Source: Gemmatimonadota bacterium
GTDB taxonomy: Bacteria > Gemmatimonadota > Gemmatimonadetes > Gemmatimonadales > GWC2-71-9
NCBI GenBank assembly: GCA_031402225.1
Contig: JANNSD010000050.1
Span: 8,405-72,404, forward strand
Reading direction: 5' to 3'
Length of the DNA stretch: 64,000 nt
Under the pieces are notes generated by a model. It saw only the letters and a program-made list of their open reading frames with translations, searched no databases and had not been told where the DNA came from. The position numbers were made by a program, and so were the translations under genes. This document shows, piece by piece, positions 40,393 through 48,988 of the stretch. Numbering within the stretch: the first letter of the stretch is position 1; the number at the start of each line of letters is the position of its first letter.

Positions 40393-40895
40393 GTGGACAA
40401 CGTGGAGACTCTTGGCAGGCGCGTGTAAACATCATCCACACGCTGTGGACGGACTGGACAGGTGGTTTGGTGGATGGGGGTTAGCTCTCCACAAAGTGCA
40501 CATGTTGACGTGGTGTAAGCCGAAGAAAATCAGGCACTTGCGGCGTTTCCGGCATCCCGTAGCTTAGGGTCACGCGCCAAGAGCTCGAGCACCGGAGCCT
40601 GTTTCCCGGCAGCAAGTTGTTGGTGGGTTCGAGCGGCCTCAGCCGGCTCGAACAGGTGGAGCCAGTCGCGCGCTCCATCCGCCCCGATGTGGCGCCTCGG
40701 GATGCAGTGCGAAGGGTTGGTCCGCGACCCGATCCGACTCGCAGCGCTTGTGTTGATGAACCAGGCAGGATGGCCATCCGGCCTGGGGATGGAAGCCGAA
40801 GCCCCGTGCGAGCCCTACGGTGACGTATCAGTCACCGATGGCCGACGGGAGAAGAACGGCGGCGGCAACGCTCCGACTTCGGGTAATCAGCATGG

Positions 40896-40940
40896 GGAAC
40901 GGCCGACAGGGCTCCGGGCTCTGCGGCCGTTTCCGTTTTC
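40896..40940 (+). terminator. Strong imperfect hairpin followed by GUUUUC (intrinsic-terminator-like)
   Basis: GGAACGGCCGACAGGGC / GCUCUGCGGCCGUUUCC pair over about 16 bp with two bulges, and are followed by GTTTTC. The element lies about 500 nt after the nearest upstream plus-strand stop and 75 nt before the next start. Confidence 0.45.
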
Positions 40941-41014
40941 GCTGGTCTGCCTCTGTGGGGTTGTGCCGGTGGACTGCATGGTTGCCGACAGCATGGTACG
41001 GTAGGTTCCATCGC

Positions 41015-41395
41015 ATGGCCCTTCACGTGCTCATCGTGTCACCGGACGAGACGCGCCGCAATGCGCTGACGGCAGCACTGCTGGCCGCGGGGCACCGGGC
41101 CGCTGGAATGGAGAGTGGCGCGGTGGGGGCGGCGGCGCTCACTGAGCCGGGCCTCGACGCGGTGGTGGTAGACCTGCACGCGCCGGAACTGGACGGCGCT
41201 GCATTGCGGGCGCTGCTCGATCCCGCGATACCGGCCGAACCGGTCTCTCTGGAAGACGCCGAGCGGCGCCACATCGCCCAGGCGCTGCACTACACCGGCG
41301 GCAACAAGCGCCGGGCGGCGCTCCTGCTCGGCATCTCCCGCTCGACGCTGCTGCACAAGGTGCGCAAGTACCGCATCATCACGCCGCGCTCCTGA
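41015..41395 (+). CDS. Short regulator: partial receiver-like N-terminus fused to a Fis-type HTH (no AAA+ domain)
   Basis: MALHVLIVSPDE...AVVVDLHAPELDG resembles REC beta1-beta3. The C-terminus ERRHIAQALHYTGGNKRRAALLLGISRSTLLHKVRKY is a classical HTH_8. Only 126 aa. Confidence 0.65.
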   Translation: MALHVLIVSPDETRRNALTAALLAAGHRAAGMESGAVGAAALTEPGLDAVVVDLHAPELDGAALRALLDPAIPAEPVSLEDAERRHIAQALHYTGGNKRRAALLLGISRSTLLHKVRKYRIITPRS

Positions 41396-41810
41396 CGATC
41401 CGCACCCGTCCGAGCCGCGATACGAAGACTTCGACCCGCGCCGCCCCCAGCGTGACGACATAGCGGGCATTCGCCGCCCCCATCGCCAGTCCGTTGGGCG
41501 CGTAGCTCGTTTCGGAGGGCGCGCTCATGAGTGTGGCGCCGTCCATCGCCGGCCCGGGGGCGCGCCAGCGGAGAGAGTCTCCCACCAGCACCACCAGCGA
41601 ATCGGCGGTCAGGAGCACGCGGGCGACGCGCTGCTCATTGAGCGCCACGGCGCGTGCCCGGCCATGCGCGAGTGCGATGCGCGCGGCGGCCTGGCCGGCG
41701 TGAATCCCGTCGAGCGCGCCGCTCATGCGCGGCAGCGCCAGCCCGAGCAGGATGCCCAGGAGCGCCAGCACGATGGCGAGTTCGATCAGTGTGTGTCCCG
41801 TTCGGCGCAT
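41379..41810 (-). CDS. Prepilin-type N-terminal cleavage/methylation domain protein (GspH/FimT-like pseudopilin)
   Basis: MRRTG|HTLIELAIVLALLGILLGLALP carries the class III signal with Glu at +5. 143 aa. The track ORF (286 aa) extends upstream into Arg-rich junk. Confidence 0.7.
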   Translation of the reverse strand: MRRTGHTLIELAIVLALLGILLGLALPRMSGALDGIHAGQAAARIALAHGRARAVALNEQRVARVLLTADSLVVLVGDSLRWRAPGPAMDGATLMSAPSETSYAPNGLAMGAANARYVVTLGAARVEVFVSRLGRVRIVRSAA

Positions 41811-41928
41811 GGTCCATAGTAGGGCGGACGCGTTTGCGCCACGGCACCCTCCGCACGCAATCCGGCGCATTCCGGCGCGGTGGTCTTGCCGCGCGCGGCG
41901 CGGGCGCGCATACTGTTTTTCGTCGTTC

Positions 41929-42702
41929 ATGTTGTCGCCCGTTCCCTGTGCACCTCCGGAGCCCTTCCCTGATCCATTCGCTGCCCGCACCGCGGTCGTG
42001 CCTCGCCTCAGCGCCCTACGGCCCGCGCTTCCCGACCGGGACGGTGGTCGCGTGACGGCGGGGTTGGCAACGCCTGCCGTGCCACAAGCCGCTGACCCGC
42101 TGGCCGTGTTGCGCGAGTACCGCACGCTCGCGCCATGGAGCCTGCGCGACCTGGCCGCGGTGGCCGCCGCCGTGCTCGAGGCGTCCGATGTCGTTCCGCT
42201 GAACGCGGCGGCACGTGCGCGCCCCACTGAGCGCACCATCCGGTTCTACGTTACGCGCGGCTTGGTCAGTGCTCCCGAGGGGCGTGGCACCGCCGCGGTC
42301 TATGGTTACCGACACCTGTTGCAGGTGCTGGCGATCAAGCTGCGACAGATGGAAGGCGCCACGCTGGACACGCTCTCGGCCGAGTTTGCCGGGATGACGG
42401 GTGATATCATCGAGCGTCGCGCGGCGGCGGCATTGGGCACGGCGCTCCCGTCGCCCGAGCGGCTTCCGCTGCTGCGCCCCGCCGGTCACGCGCGCGGCAA
42501 GGTGGGCCGGGCCATGCAGCAGTGGCTCTCGAGCTCGGTGCCGGGCCAGGACCGCGGCAGCAATTGCCGACGCGTGCCGCTGGCGCCCGGGCTGGAACTC
42601 ATGGTTGACGAGCACCATCCGGTGCTACGCGCTGCGGGCGGCGATGCCGCGATCGCCGAGGCGGTGCGCCAGGCGCTGTCTCGCCTGGTCACCGGCGAGT
42701 AG
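41929..42702 (+). CDS. MerR-like HTH protein
   Basis: WSLRDLAA...ERTIRFYVTRGLVSAPEGRG..AVYGYRHLLQVLAIKLRQMEG resembles a MerR-type HTH with an insertion. The start is uncertain: ATG 41929, or in-frame GTG 42106, since the first ~60 aa are Pro/Ala-rich. Confidence 0.55.
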   Translation: MLSPVPCAPPEPFPDPFAARTAVVPRLSALRPALPDRDGGRVTAGLATPAVPQAADPLAVLREYRTLAPWSLRDLAAVAAAVLEASDVVPLNAAARARPTERTIRFYVTRGLVSAPEGRGTAAVYGYRHLLQVLAIKLRQMEGATLDTLSAEFAGMTGDIIERRAAAALGTALPSPERLPLLRPAGHARGKVGRAMQQWLSSSVPGQDRGSNCRRVPLAPGLELMVDEHHPVLRAAGGDAAIAEAVRQALSRLVTGE

Positions 42703-42727
42703 TGCCCTCCCTACCGGCGAACCACAC

Positions 42728-43297
42728 ATGACTATCGCCTTCCTGGTCGTCCTGGCCGTCGTGGTGCTCTGGGTCATCAGCGCCTACAACGGCCTGATTG
42801 CGCTCAAGAACCAGGTGGCCAACGCCTGGAAGCAGATCGACGTCCAGCTCAAGCGGCGGCATGACCTGATCCCCAACCTGGTCAATGCCGTGAAGGGGCA
42901 GATGGACTTCGAGAAGTCCACGCTGGAGGCGGTCATCTCCGCGCGGGCGAAGGCGGTGGGCGCCGCCGGCGTGGCGGCAACGGCAAAGGCCGAGGGTGAG
43001 TTGTCGCAGGCGCTCGGGAAGCTGTTCGCGCTCGCCGAGAACTATCCCGACCTCAAGAGCTCGGCCAACGTGCTCCAGCTTCAGGAAGAGCTGAGCAGCA
43101 CCGAGAACAAGATCGGGTTCGCCCGGCAGCTCTACAACGACGTCGCCACGCAGTACAACACGCGGCAGGCCCAGTTTCCCACCAATCTCGTCGCCGGCCT
43201 GGCCAAGGCGGCGCCATCCGAGCTCTGGGAGATCACCGATGCCGGCGAGCGGCAGGTTCCCACCGTCGATCTGTCGCTGAACCGGCCGGCCAGCTGA
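42728..43297 (+). CDS. lemA: LemA family protein
   Basis: N-terminal TM helix, then YNGLIALKNQVANAWKQIDVQLKRRHDLIPNLV and ENYPDLKSSANVLQLQEEL, the canonical LemA sequence. Confidence 0.9.
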   Translation: MTIAFLVVLAVVVLWVISAYNGLIALKNQVANAWKQIDVQLKRRHDLIPNLVNAVKGQMDFEKSTLEAVISARAKAVGAAGVAATAKAEGELSQALGKLFALAENYPDLKSSANVLQLQEELSSTENKIGFARQLYNDVATQYNTRQAQFPTNLVAGLAKAAPSELWEITDAGERQVPTVDLSLNRPAS

Positions 43298-43301
43298 GGC
43301 A

Positions 43302-44321
43302 GTGACCGCGGGTCACGGCAACCTGTTCGAGGAGCAGGAGCGCAACCGGCGTCGCTCCTTCTGGCTCGTGACCATCTTCGTGCTGTTCTTCGGCTGGGTC
43401 GGCTTCGGCGGAGACCTGGCCCTCTGCATCCTCACGTTGACAGCCGAACCAGGCGCTTACCGGCATGTCGTCCCGTTCATCGGCGTGGTGGCGACGGTCG
43501 TTGCCGGGGGCATCGCCTGGTTCGCGTGGGAGAAGGGCGCCGACCGGGTGCTGTGGGCCACCGGCGCGTGGGAGGTCATCGAGCCGGCCACGCCGGAGCA
43601 GACGCAGTACGTCAACGTGGTGGAGGAGATGGCCATCGCCGCGGGCCAGCCGCGTCCCCGCATCTGGGTGGTGCCCGATCCCGATCCCAATGCGTTCGCG
43701 ACCGGCCGGGATCCGCAGCACGCGCACATCGCGGTGACGGAAGGCCTGCTCGCTCGGCTCAACCGGGAAGAACTGCAGGGTGTCGTGGCGCACGAGATGG
43801 CGCACATCGCCAACTGGGACACCCGCCTGATGACGCTGCTGGCCGCGATGCTGGGTGCGATCGCGCTGATGTCCGACGGGATGGGGCGGATGACGCGCGG
43901 TGGCGTCCGCGTCGGCGGGAGCGGCCTGCGCGGCGAGGGGAAGGGCAAGGGCAACCCGCTTGGGCTCGTGCTGTTGGTGCTCTGGGTCTTCTCCCTCCTC
44001 ATCGCTCCGGTGGTCTCGCGACTCCTCGCCATGGCGGTGAGCCGGAAGCGCGAGTTCCTGGCGGATGCCACGGGGTCGCAGTTCACCCGGAACCCGCTGG
44101 CCCTGGCATCGGCGCTGGAGAAGCTGGAGACGGAGCCCGCACCCACCCGGAGCATTACCCGGGGTGCGGCGCACCTCTGTATCGTGGATCCGGCGGAACG
44201 GAAGATGTCGGAACGGGGCGGTTTCGTGGGCGATGTCTTCGCCTCACATCCACCGATGCGGGAGCGGGTGGCGCGGCTGCGGGGCATGGGCTATCAGTCG
44301 TCGGTCGTCAGTCGTCAGTGA
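43302..44321 (+). CDS. M48-family (HtpX-like) zinc metalloprotease
   Basis: HEMAHIANWD (HExxH), a downstream EFLADATG, and 4 TM segments. It is paired with lemA, as is common. The last 8 codons (QSSVVSRQ) are encoded by the heptamer repeat array. Confidence 0.9.
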   Translation: MTAGHGNLFEEQERNRRRSFWLVTIFVLFFGWVGFGGDLALCILTLTAEPGAYRHVVPFIGVVATVVAGGIAWFAWEKGADRVLWATGAWEVIEPATPEQTQYVNVVEEMAIAAGQPRPRIWVVPDPDPNAFATGRDPQHAHIAVTEGLLARLNREELQGVVAHEMAHIANWDTRLMTLLAAMLGAIALMSDGMGRMTRGGVRVGGSGLRGEGKGKGNPLGLVLLVLWVFSLLIAPVVSRLLAMAVSRKREFLADATGSQFTRNPLALASALEKLETEPAPTRSITRGAAHLCIVDPAERKMSERGGFVGDVFASHPPMRERVARLRGMGYQSSVVSRQ

Positions 44322-44366
44322 GTCGGCGGTTCACTCATGACTCACGACTCGCGACTCACGACTCGC
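44295..44366. repeat. Inverted arrays of heptamer repeats (SAGTCGT x3-4 / GACTCRC x4) forming a hairpin between convergent genes
   Basis: The left arm is cagtcgt cggtcgt cagtcgt cagtgagtc, followed by a 14-nt spacer, and the right arm is gactcac gactcgc gactcac gactcgc. The arms are imperfect reverse complements. Both flanking genes end inside the arrays. Confidence 0.85.
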
Positions 44367-45435
44367 CGTCATCCGAATCATCAAGGAACGTCAGCGCCTG
44401 CCGCCGCTTCACCACCGCCTCGAGTGCGCCGTGTACCCGCTCGTCCACCACGGCATTGATCAGGTCACGCATCCGCTCCACGGCCATGTCGGGCGGCATT
44501 TTTTCCTGATACGGACGCGCCGTGGTCAGCGCATCGAAGATCTCCACCGCCCCCACGATGCGCGCGCCGAGCGGGATCGCCTCCGCCTTGAGCCTGTCGG
44601 GGTAGCCGAAGCCGTCCCAGCGCTCGTGGTGGTTCCGCACGAAGCTGATGATGTCCTTCAGGTGCACCAGCGGGGCCAGGATCTGGCTGCCCACCAGCAC
44701 GTGCTGCTTCACGTGGGCGTACTCGTCGTCGGTGAGCGGGCCCTGCTTGTTCAGCACTTCCTCGCGAATACCGATCTTCCCGATATCGTGCAGCCTGCCC
44801 GCCGTGCGAATCAACTCCACGTCTTCATCCGACAGGCCAAGCTCCGCCGCCACGCCCGCTGAGAGATCGGCCACCCGCGCCGAGTGACCGCGCAGGTAGG
44901 CATCCTTGGCCTCGAGGGCGTTGACCAGCGCCTCGAGCGTCGCGATGGACAGCCGCTCGAGCGTTTCCTGTTCCCGCCGCAGCTCCACCGACCGGAGGTG
45001 GACTTCGTCGCTCAGCCAGCGCGCAATGCGCGTGTCCTCCAGCGCCTTGTGCCGCCGCTGCAGGGCCCGGCTCACCGCGCGCGTGAGGTGATCGAGGTCG
45101 AGGGGCTCGGTGACGTAATCCATCGCCCCGCGCTGCACGCAGAGGGCGGCCGTGGTGGCGTCGTGTACTGCAGTGAGCATCAGGATGGCGAGGCTGGGCT
45201 CGAGCTCGAGCAGGGCAGGCACCAGCTCAATGGCGCTCGTGCCCGGCAGGTGCGTATCCAGGAGCATGGCCGCGACCTTTTCGCGGCGCACGATGTCGAG
45301 CGCCTCGGCGCCCGTGCTGGCGGTGAGAATGGAATGACCCTGGAGCCTGAGCTGGCGGGCAATCGCCGTGCGGACCGACTCCTCGTCATCGACGACGAGG
45401 ATACTTGACTGGCCGTCGCTGAGAGGCAGGGTCAC
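44356..45435 (-). CDS. Response regulator with HD-GYP phosphodiesterase domain (RpfG-like)
   Basis: REC domain (ILVVDDEESV, AMLLDTHLPG) plus HD-GYP motifs (HSARVADLS, RLHDIGKIGI, HHERWDGFGYPDRL). Confidence 0.9.
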   Translation of the reverse strand: MTLPLSDGQSSILVVDDEESVRTAIARQLRLQGHSILTASTGAEALDIVRREKVAAMLLDTHLPGTSAIELVPALLELEPSLAILMLTAVHDATTAALCVQRGAMDYVTEPLDLDHLTRAVSRALQRRHKALEDTRIARWLSDEVHLRSVELRREQETLERLSIATLEALVNALEAKDAYLRGHSARVADLSAGVAAELGLSDEDVELIRTAGRLHDIGKIGIREEVLNKQGPLTDDEYAHVKQHVLVGSQILAPLVHLKDIISFVRNHHERWDGFGYPDRLKAEAIPLGARIVGAVEIFDALTTARPYQEKMPPDMAVERMRDLINAVVDERVHGALEAVVKRRQALTFLDDSDDGES

Positions 45436-45476
45436 GTCGCGGGCTCCAGTGACGCAAGTGCTTGACGCAACGGAAG

Positions 45477-46328
45477 CTAAGTGTTCCCGTCCACGAACTC
45501 CACCTCCACCCGGTGCGGGATGATCCCCGCCGCCGCCGCCCGATCGAGCAGCAGTTGCACCGCAGCGCGTCCGCGCACGCCATAGTCCACCGTCCAGTCA
45601 TTCACGTACATCCCGACGAACGTGTCAGTGCGCTCGTCGCCGATGCCACGATTGAAGCGCTTGGCGTGCTCCAGGGCGGGGCGGCGATTCGCCAGCGCGT
45701 ACTCGATGCTCGCACGAAGGTCCCGCGCCACCTGGTTCATGGTGGCCGCGCCAAGGTCCCGGCGCACCACGTTGCCACCGAGCGGCAGCGGCAGGCCGGT
45801 GTCGCGCAACCACCAGGCGCCCATGTCCTCCCAGAGATGGAGCCCCTGGTCCTGGAAGGTGAGCTGGCCCTCGTGAATGAGCAGGCCCACGTCCACGTCG
45901 CCGCGCGCCACCGCGTCCTCGATGGTGTCGAACGGCATCACGACCTGTACCGTGTCGGGCTGGTAGAGGCGGAGCGCCAGGCAGGCGGTCGTGAGCGTGC
46001 CCGGAATGCCGACTCGCATGCCGCGCAGGGCGCCGCGCGGATCGCCCGGTGCCGGGACCTTCGCCACAAGGCGTGGACCGTAGCCGTCACCCATGGACGA
46101 GCCACTCGACAGCAGGGCGTACCTGTCAGCGAGGTACGCGTAGGCGTGGATCGATACCGCGGTCACCTCGAGCTCGGCGCTCAGCGCGCGCCGGTTGAGC
46201 GACTCGATATCCTGCAGTTCGTGCACGTACGTCAGGTCGCCGGTGTCGATCTTCCCCTCGGCGAGCGCATAGAACATGAACGCATCGTCGGAATCGGGGC
46301 TGTGGGCAACGCGAATGGTCGTGGTCAT
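45477..46328 (-). CDS. MqnA/MqnD-family (DUF191) menaquinone-via-futalosine biosynthesis protein
   Basis: IRVAHSPDSDDAFMFYALAEGKIDTG and an overall periplasmic-binding-like fold typical of COG2107/MqnD-like proteins. The exact member (MqnA versus MqnD) is not resolved. Confidence 0.75.
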   Translation of the reverse strand: MTTTIRVAHSPDSDDAFMFYALAEGKIDTGDLTYVHELQDIESLNRRALSAELEVTAVSIHAYAYLADRYALLSSGSSMGDGYGPRLVAKVPAPGDPRGALRGMRVGIPGTLTTACLALRLYQPDTVQVVMPFDTIEDAVARGDVDVGLLIHEGQLTFQDQGLHLWEDMGAWWLRDTGLPLPLGGNVVRRDLGAATMNQVARDLRASIEYALANRRPALEHAKRFNRGIGDERTDTFVGMYVNDWTVDYGVRGRAAVQLLLDRAAAAGIIPHRVEVEFVDGNT

Positions 46329-46363
46329 GCGTCCTCGAGGAGCGTTGTTTCTCCGTCTTCCGT

Positions 46364-47176
46364 CTAGCGTCTTCCGGTCAAGTACTCGTCGATGACAGGC
46401 TTGTGCTCGCTGTACTCGGGACGGTCGGCCCGGCCGATCTCCGCCTGGTAGTGGGCCATGAAATCCTTCCGGGCGGCTGCCGCGGTGGCAGCATCCCGTC
46501 GGCGATCGGCCACCTCGCCGCGGACGAGGTACCCGAACAGGTGATTCGAGTTCTGCGCCAGGATGGTGTCGGCGAGTGCCAGCGCCGCGGCATCCTGGCC
46601 TGACTCGGCGTAGAGCACGGCGGCATGGTAGCGAAGGTCGGCGGTCACCGAGTCCAGCATCCCGTACGCCAGGATGGCCATGGGCGTGAACTGCCGCGCC
46701 TGGGCGCTGTCTCCGGCGGCGGCGGCGCGCATCACGCGATCATAGAGCCGGTTGAACCGCTCCGCGGGCGACATGCTCGAGATGTCGGGCGGCGTGCCGG
46801 CCGGGCTCGTCGGCGCGTCACCGGCGTCTCCGCCCTGCGCTCCCGGCGCGGCATTGCCGACGTTCGGCATCCGGGCCACTTCCGGCGCGCTGTTGCGATT
46901 GATACCCAGGAACGCGATGTACGAGAGCCCGGCGATCACCAGGATGCCCGCGACGAGCCATGGCGTCCGGCTCTCGCGCGCCGGCGCTGGGGGACGGTCG
47001 GGGGCACCGCCGACCGCCACGCCACAGCGATGGCAGAATTTCGCAATGGGCGAGAGCCCGGCGCCGCACGCGGCACAGGTCCGCGGGCCGACAGCGGCTC
47101 CACAGCGATCACAGAATCGACCGGGAGCGTCGGTGCCGCAGACGGGGCAGGCGGGGACGGCTGGAGAGGCAGGCAC
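46364..47176 (-). CDS. Double zinc-ribbon, single-TM, TPR-like protein
   Basis: CPVCG..CDRCG and CAACG..CHRCG form a double zinc ribbon. One TM helix (PWLVAGILVIAGLSYIAFLGI) is followed by a helical repeat C-terminus. GTG 47176 is a guessed start, because the track N-terminus (to 47413) is not protein-like. Confidence 0.6.
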   Translation of the reverse strand: MPASPAVPACPVCGTDAPGRFCDRCGAAVGPRTCAACGAGLSPIAKFCHRCGVAVGGAPDRPPAPARESRTPWLVAGILVIAGLSYIAFLGINRNSAPEVARMPNVGNAAPGAQGGDAGDAPTSPAGTPPDISSMSPAERFNRLYDRVMRAAAAGDSAQARQFTPMAILAYGMLDSVTADLRYHAAVLYAESGQDAAALALADTILAQNSNHLFGYLVRGEVADRRRDAATAAAARKDFMAHYQAEIGRADRPEYSEHKPVIDEYLTGRR

Positions 47177-47587
47177 GGGCGCGCAATGTAACCGCTGGCG
47201 GCTCCAATGGCACCGTATTACCGTGCAGGGCGATCGCCATTCGCGACCGGGCACGACTGGAGGGATATTGCAGCCATCGCGGAACACGCCTGAGCCCCTT
47301 CCGGCCGATGACCCGCTGGGCCGCTCTCTCGGAGAGCTTGCGCGGGGAGAATCGCGCTGGACCGTTTTCCTGGAGACCCGCCCACACCCACGGGGCACCG
47401 GTCTTCGCCACAATACGCTTCAGGGCCGGCTCCACTTCGTGGACCAGGTTCAGGTCCAGCGGAGCACTGGGTGGATCTTCACCGAGTGGACCGACGCCGA
47501 TATCGTCAACCGATTCAACGAATTCAGCGCTGCGGAGCTTTGGCTGCTGCTCGACAGCCTGGCCTGACCCGCTGACAGCGAGGGGCC

Positions 47588-48979
47588 ATGGGACTGGGAC
47601 GCGCGCGCCGCAGTGACCGACCGAGCCTGGACGAGTTTCCGACTGACCTGACCGGGGCCCGCAAGGGTGACATCCGCGAGCTGGCCGAGCGGTTCGGTGT
47701 CGATTTCCTCCGGCTGCAGTTCACCGACATTCTCGGGGTCAACAAGAATGTCGAGGTTCCGCCCAGCCAGTTCGAGAAGGCGCTGGACGGCGAGATCATG
47801 TTCGACGGGTCCTCGATCGAGGGGTTTGTGCGGATCGAGGAATCGGACATGCTCCTCAAGCCCGATCCCACGACCTTCCGCATGCTGCCCTTCGACGAGG
47901 AGGGCGGGCGGGTTGCCCGGCTCATCTGCGACATCCACCGCCCTGACGGGGCGCCGTTCGACGGCTGTCCGCGGCACACGCTGAAGCGCCAGATCGCCCG
48001 CGCCCGGAAGCTCGGTTTCGAGATGATGGCGGGGTGCGAAGCCGAATTTTTCCTCTTCGAGAAGGCGCCCGACGGCGCGCCCACCACCAGCACCCACGAT
48101 CTCGCCGGGTACTTCGACCTGGGCCCGATGGACAAGGGCGAGGAGATCCGCCGTGTCATCGTGGATTGCCTCGAGCTCATGGGCTTCGAGGTGGAAGCGG
48201 CACATCACGAGGTGGCGCCGGGCCAGCACGAGATCGACTTCCGCTATGCCGGGGCGCTCGTTACCGCCGACAATCTCGCCACCTTCAAGCTGGTCGTGCG
48301 CCAGGTGGCCAACCGGTACGGGTACGTCGCCTCGTTCATGCCGAAGCCCATCGAGGGCGTGGCCGGTAGTGGCATGCACACCCACCAGTCACTGTTCCGT
48401 GGCAGCGAGAACGCCTTCTTCGACGCCGACGCCGAGAACCAGCTGTCGAAGGTGGCGCTGCAGTACATCGAGGGGATACTGCAGCACGCGCGCGGGTCGT
48501 GCGCCATCACCAACCCGCTCGTCAACAGCTACAAGCGCCTCGTGCCCGGGTTCGAGGCGCCGGTCAACGTGGCCTGGTCGATGCGCAACCGGTCACCCCT
48601 GGTGCGCATTCCCGACCGTCGGGGAATCGGTACCCGCTGCGAAAATCGCATGCCCGATCCGGCCGCGAACCCCTACCTGGCGCTCGCGGTGCAGCTGGCC
48701 TCGGGGCTCGACGGCCTCGAACAGGAAATGGCCTGCCGCGAGGCGGTGCACCGGAACATCTTCCGCATGACCTATCGCGACCGGCGCAAGTACCGCATCG
48801 ACGAGCTGCCCCGCGACCTGCACGAGGCACTTGAGTACCTCGAGAAGGACGACGTGGTCAAGGCGGCACTGGGCGAGCACATTACCGAGCGGTTCATCGA
48901 GGCGAAGGAGAAGGAGATCGAGTCCTTCAACGCCCATGTGAGCCGCTGGGAGATCGAGCGGTACCTCGGCCGGTACTGA
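47588..48979 (+). CDS. glnA: Glutamine synthetase type I
   Basis: LRLQFTDILGVNKNVEVP, FDGSSIEGF, GSGMHTHQSLF, NPYLALAV. GAGGGG lies upstream of ATG 47588. Confidence 0.95.
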   Translation: MGLGRARRSDRPSLDEFPTDLTGARKGDIRELAERFGVDFLRLQFTDILGVNKNVEVPPSQFEKALDGEIMFDGSSIEGFVRIEESDMLLKPDPTTFRMLPFDEEGGRVARLICDIHRPDGAPFDGCPRHTLKRQIARARKLGFEMMAGCEAEFFLFEKAPDGAPTTSTHDLAGYFDLGPMDKGEEIRRVIVDCLELMGFEVEAAHHEVAPGQHEIDFRYAGALVTADNLATFKLVVRQVANRYGYVASFMPKPIEGVAGSGMHTHQSLFRGSENAFFDADAENQLSKVALQYIEGILQHARGSCAITNPLVNSYKRLVPGFEAPVNVAWSMRNRSPLVRIPDRRGIGTRCENRMPDPAANPYLALAVQLASGLDGLEQEMACREAVHRNIFRMTYRDRRKYRIDELPRDLHEALEYLEKDDVVKAALGEHITERFIEAKEKEIESFNAHVSRWEIERYLGRY

Positions 48980-48988
48980 GCGCCCGCC

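Noticed and set aside
40393-41014. Possible RNase P RNA, tmRNA, SRP RNA, cobalamin riboswitch or sigma54 promoter in the long spacer.
   Set aside because: I found none of the following on either strand:
- the GGAAAGUCCGG or ACAGAA.CCGGCUUA elements of RNase P;
- a tRNA-like 3' end or an alanine-rich tag frame, as in tmRNA;
- the AGGUCCGGAAGGAAGCAGC element of SRP RNA;
- a B12 box.

TGG...TTGC candidates near 40970 have 11-nt rather than 10-nt GG-GC spacing. The region is kept only as an unclassified ncRNA candidate.
41379-42239. 286-aa track ORF on the minus strand.
   Set aside because: Only the C-terminal 143 aa, beginning with the prepilin signal at 41810, are credible. The upstream part overlaps the divergent MerR-like gene region and is low-complexity.
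46364-47413. Full 349-aa track ORF for the zinc-ribbon protein, and the overlapping minus-strand ORF 47109-47435.
   Set aside because: The N-terminal ~80 codons are Arg/Pro/Ser-rich and not protein-like. The gene was trimmed to a GTG just before the first CxxC, and that start remains uncertain.
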